Assembly: GCA_964486065.1 (NCBI GenBank)
Contig: CAZAKN010000001.1
Location: forward strand, 157,640-221,639
DNA: 64,000 nt
Reading direction: 5' to 3'
Source of the DNA: an uncultured Gammaproteobacteria bacterium
Lineage (GTDB): Bacteria; Patescibacteriota; Patescibacteriia; UBA11705; JABHMO01
Shown piece after piece: positions 62,540 through 64,000 of the stretch (position 1 is its first letter; every line of letters begins with the position of its first letter). A program made the translations under genes and the position numbers. The notes under the pieces are model-generated. The model made no database searches. It had not been told where the DNA came from and worked only from the letters and a program-made list of their open reading frames with translations.

Positions 62540-63301
62540 TTAATACCATCTGGCGGTAGCCAGCACAATTATCAAGCAAATACTTGAAATAGTCAAATAT
62601 GAAATCAAACGCCCGCGATCCAAAGAATCGCGAAGAAAATGTTTGCCCAAACTTAGCATGAGAAAATACCCCAAACTGAGAGTGAAACTATTCACAAAAT
62701 ATCCGGTCGGCAAATAAGCCAAAGCGACAAATAACTCGGCGCAAACAATCATTACAGCCAAAATAATCAACCAAGTTTTGGAAAAAGAAATTTTGTTTAT
62801 CCAATAAAATTGGTATGCAAGAGCGAACACCAATGTTAATAAAATTAAAAGTAACAACCAAATATTAAATTTCAAAAGCAAATGAGCGCTGAACAAAGCC
62901 GTGGACGCGAAAAAAATCGCAAATACATTCAAATAAAAAGATAAACTTTCCAGAGAATACGGTTGATATTTGAAAGGAAAATAAAAATACAAATAATATT
63001 GCCTGAAATAAACATAAAAAGCCAAACCTGAAAAAAACACCATGACATGGATCAATGCTTCCCTTTCCAGAAAAGCGATAAAAAAACAAACAGACAAATA
63101 GAATAATAATGGCAAAATAAAAAAGTTAAGAAAATTTCTTCTCAACTTTATTTTCCCTAAAACAAACAAAGTCAAAGCGATCAATACACCGAAAGATCCC
63201 ACGAAATAATGCCAATATTCACTATGTGACAAAGAGTACTCCAAACCGAAAATCCAAAACAAAGGGATAATCAGAAGCAAAAGTCCTCGTAATATAAACA
63301 T
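62540..63301 (-). CDS. Hypothetical polytopic membrane protein
   Basis: 253 aa, about 8 TM helices. Confidence 0.35.
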   Translation of the reverse strand: MFILRGLLLLIIPLFWIFGLEYSLSHSEYWHYFVGSFGVLIALTLFVLGKIKLRRNFLNFFILPLLFYLSVCFFIAFLEREALIHVMVFFSGLAFYVYFRQYYLYFYFPFKYQPYSLESLSFYLNVFAIFFASTALFSAHLLLKFNIWLLLLILLTLVFALAYQFYWINKISFSKTWLIILAVMIVCAELFVALAYLPTGYFVNSFTLSLGYFLMLSLGKHFLRDSLDRGRLISYLTISSICLIIVLATARWY

Positions 63302-63307
63302 AATTTA

Positions 63308-64000
63308 TTAAATTTTATGTTCTTCCTTGGTGGTCCAAAATTCTTTCAAAATAACACTGATGGCGGTAGCCACGGGAATAGCCAAAATAATTCCGATCAT
63401 GCCACCTATTTTCGCTCCGACCAATAAAGCCACAATGCTGATAATCGGATTCAAACCAACCGCTCGTTGCATGATTTTCGGCACCAACAAATGATTCTCA
63501 ATCTGCTGAATAACGATATACAAAGCCAAAACAAACAAAGCCTTAACCGGTGATTGAGTGAAAGCGATAAATACCGCGGGAATAGCGGAAATAATCGGCC
63601 CGATATACGGCACGAATTCACCAAAAGCCGCCACCAAAGCCAAGATCAAAGCATAATTGACTCCCAAAACAAGTAAACCGATATAACTTAAAACTCCCAA
63701 AATCAAACTTAAGATCATTTGCCCTTTTAGCCAATCACCTATTTTGCGTTGAACCTTATTGATAAGTTGTAAAGTAAACGGTTGATACTTGTCCGGTAGA
63801 ACATAAGTCAATGTTCTTTTCATGGCGCTTTCTTCCACGGTCATGTAAAAAGTTATAACCAAAATCAAGAAAAAAGATACTATGCCACCGAAAATTCCGT
63901 AAACCGTGCTAAATACTCCTTGAAAATATTCCGGCAAACTGTTCTGCATACCGGCAATCCCTTGATTTAACTTTTCCAACACGCCATGATCCTCGAAAAA
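63308..64000 (-). CDS. AI-2E family transporter (PerM/YhhT-like), 5'-truncated by window end
   Basis: VPYIGPIISAIP motif. The ORF remains open to the window edge. Confidence 0.7.
   Translation of the reverse strand, partial: FFEDHGVLEKLNQGIAGMQNSLPEYFQGVFSTVYGIFGGIVSFFLILVITFYMTVEESAMKRTLTYVLPDKYQPFTLQLINKVQRKIGDWLKGQMILSLILGVLSYIGLLVLGVNYALILALVAAFGEFVPYIGPIISAIPAVFIAFTQSPVKALFVLALYIVIQQIENHLLVPKIMQRAVGLNPIISIVALLVGAKIGGMIGIILAIPVATAISVILKEFWTTKEEHKI

Overview
The window looks like a small, AT-rich, gene-dense bacterial genome, and its gene content suggests a Patescibacteria/CPR-like lineage. That placement is inference only. The clues are a dimeric eukaryote-type GlyRS, only gatCA, QueH, many C-terminally anchored surface proteins and numerous hypothetical proteins. 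Almost everything is on the minus strand.

Positions 1-44150 are housekeeping genes: rplU, an MraY/WecA-family transferase, a membrane-anchored ClpC-like AAA+ chaperone, uvrD/pcrA, queH, gatC-gatA, ligA, gap, rseP, murI, lemA plus a TPM-domain gene, glyQS, frr, holB, mreB, a dus gene, cysS, and a complete heat-shock operon. The heat-shock operon is CIRCE-hrcA-grpE-hsp20-dnaK-NYN-DUF3467-dnaJ, with a perfect CIRCE operator. A glycan locus (GT4-GT4-Wzy-like) follows.

The most unusual part is positions 44311-60550, a block of nine individually promoted and terminated minus-strand genes. All encode secreted or lipoprotein, cysteine-rich, extremely acidic repeat proteins with DGD and EPEDGD repeats. 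The first is a 1611-aa giant with about 20 MopE-like C..DNDCDG..DE repeats and near-identical ~510-bp DNA tandem repeats. The family members share shuffled N- and C-terminal modules, duplicated promoters and conserved 5'-UTR hairpins. I interpret this block as a candidate novel surface, adhesion or metal/calcium-binding system embedded in the polysaccharide locus (Wzy at 42714-44150, Wzz-like at 60695-61339).

Other notable items are a GC-rich two-gene islet at 7213-7950 with a duplicated perfect-palindrome leader, an ~82-nt tRNA-like RNA that does not fold as a canonical cloverleaf (28480-28561), a possible structured RNA at 4940-5095, and a tandem pair of paralogous membrane proteins at 21404-22523. 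No CRISPR array, rRNA or obvious transposase was seen.
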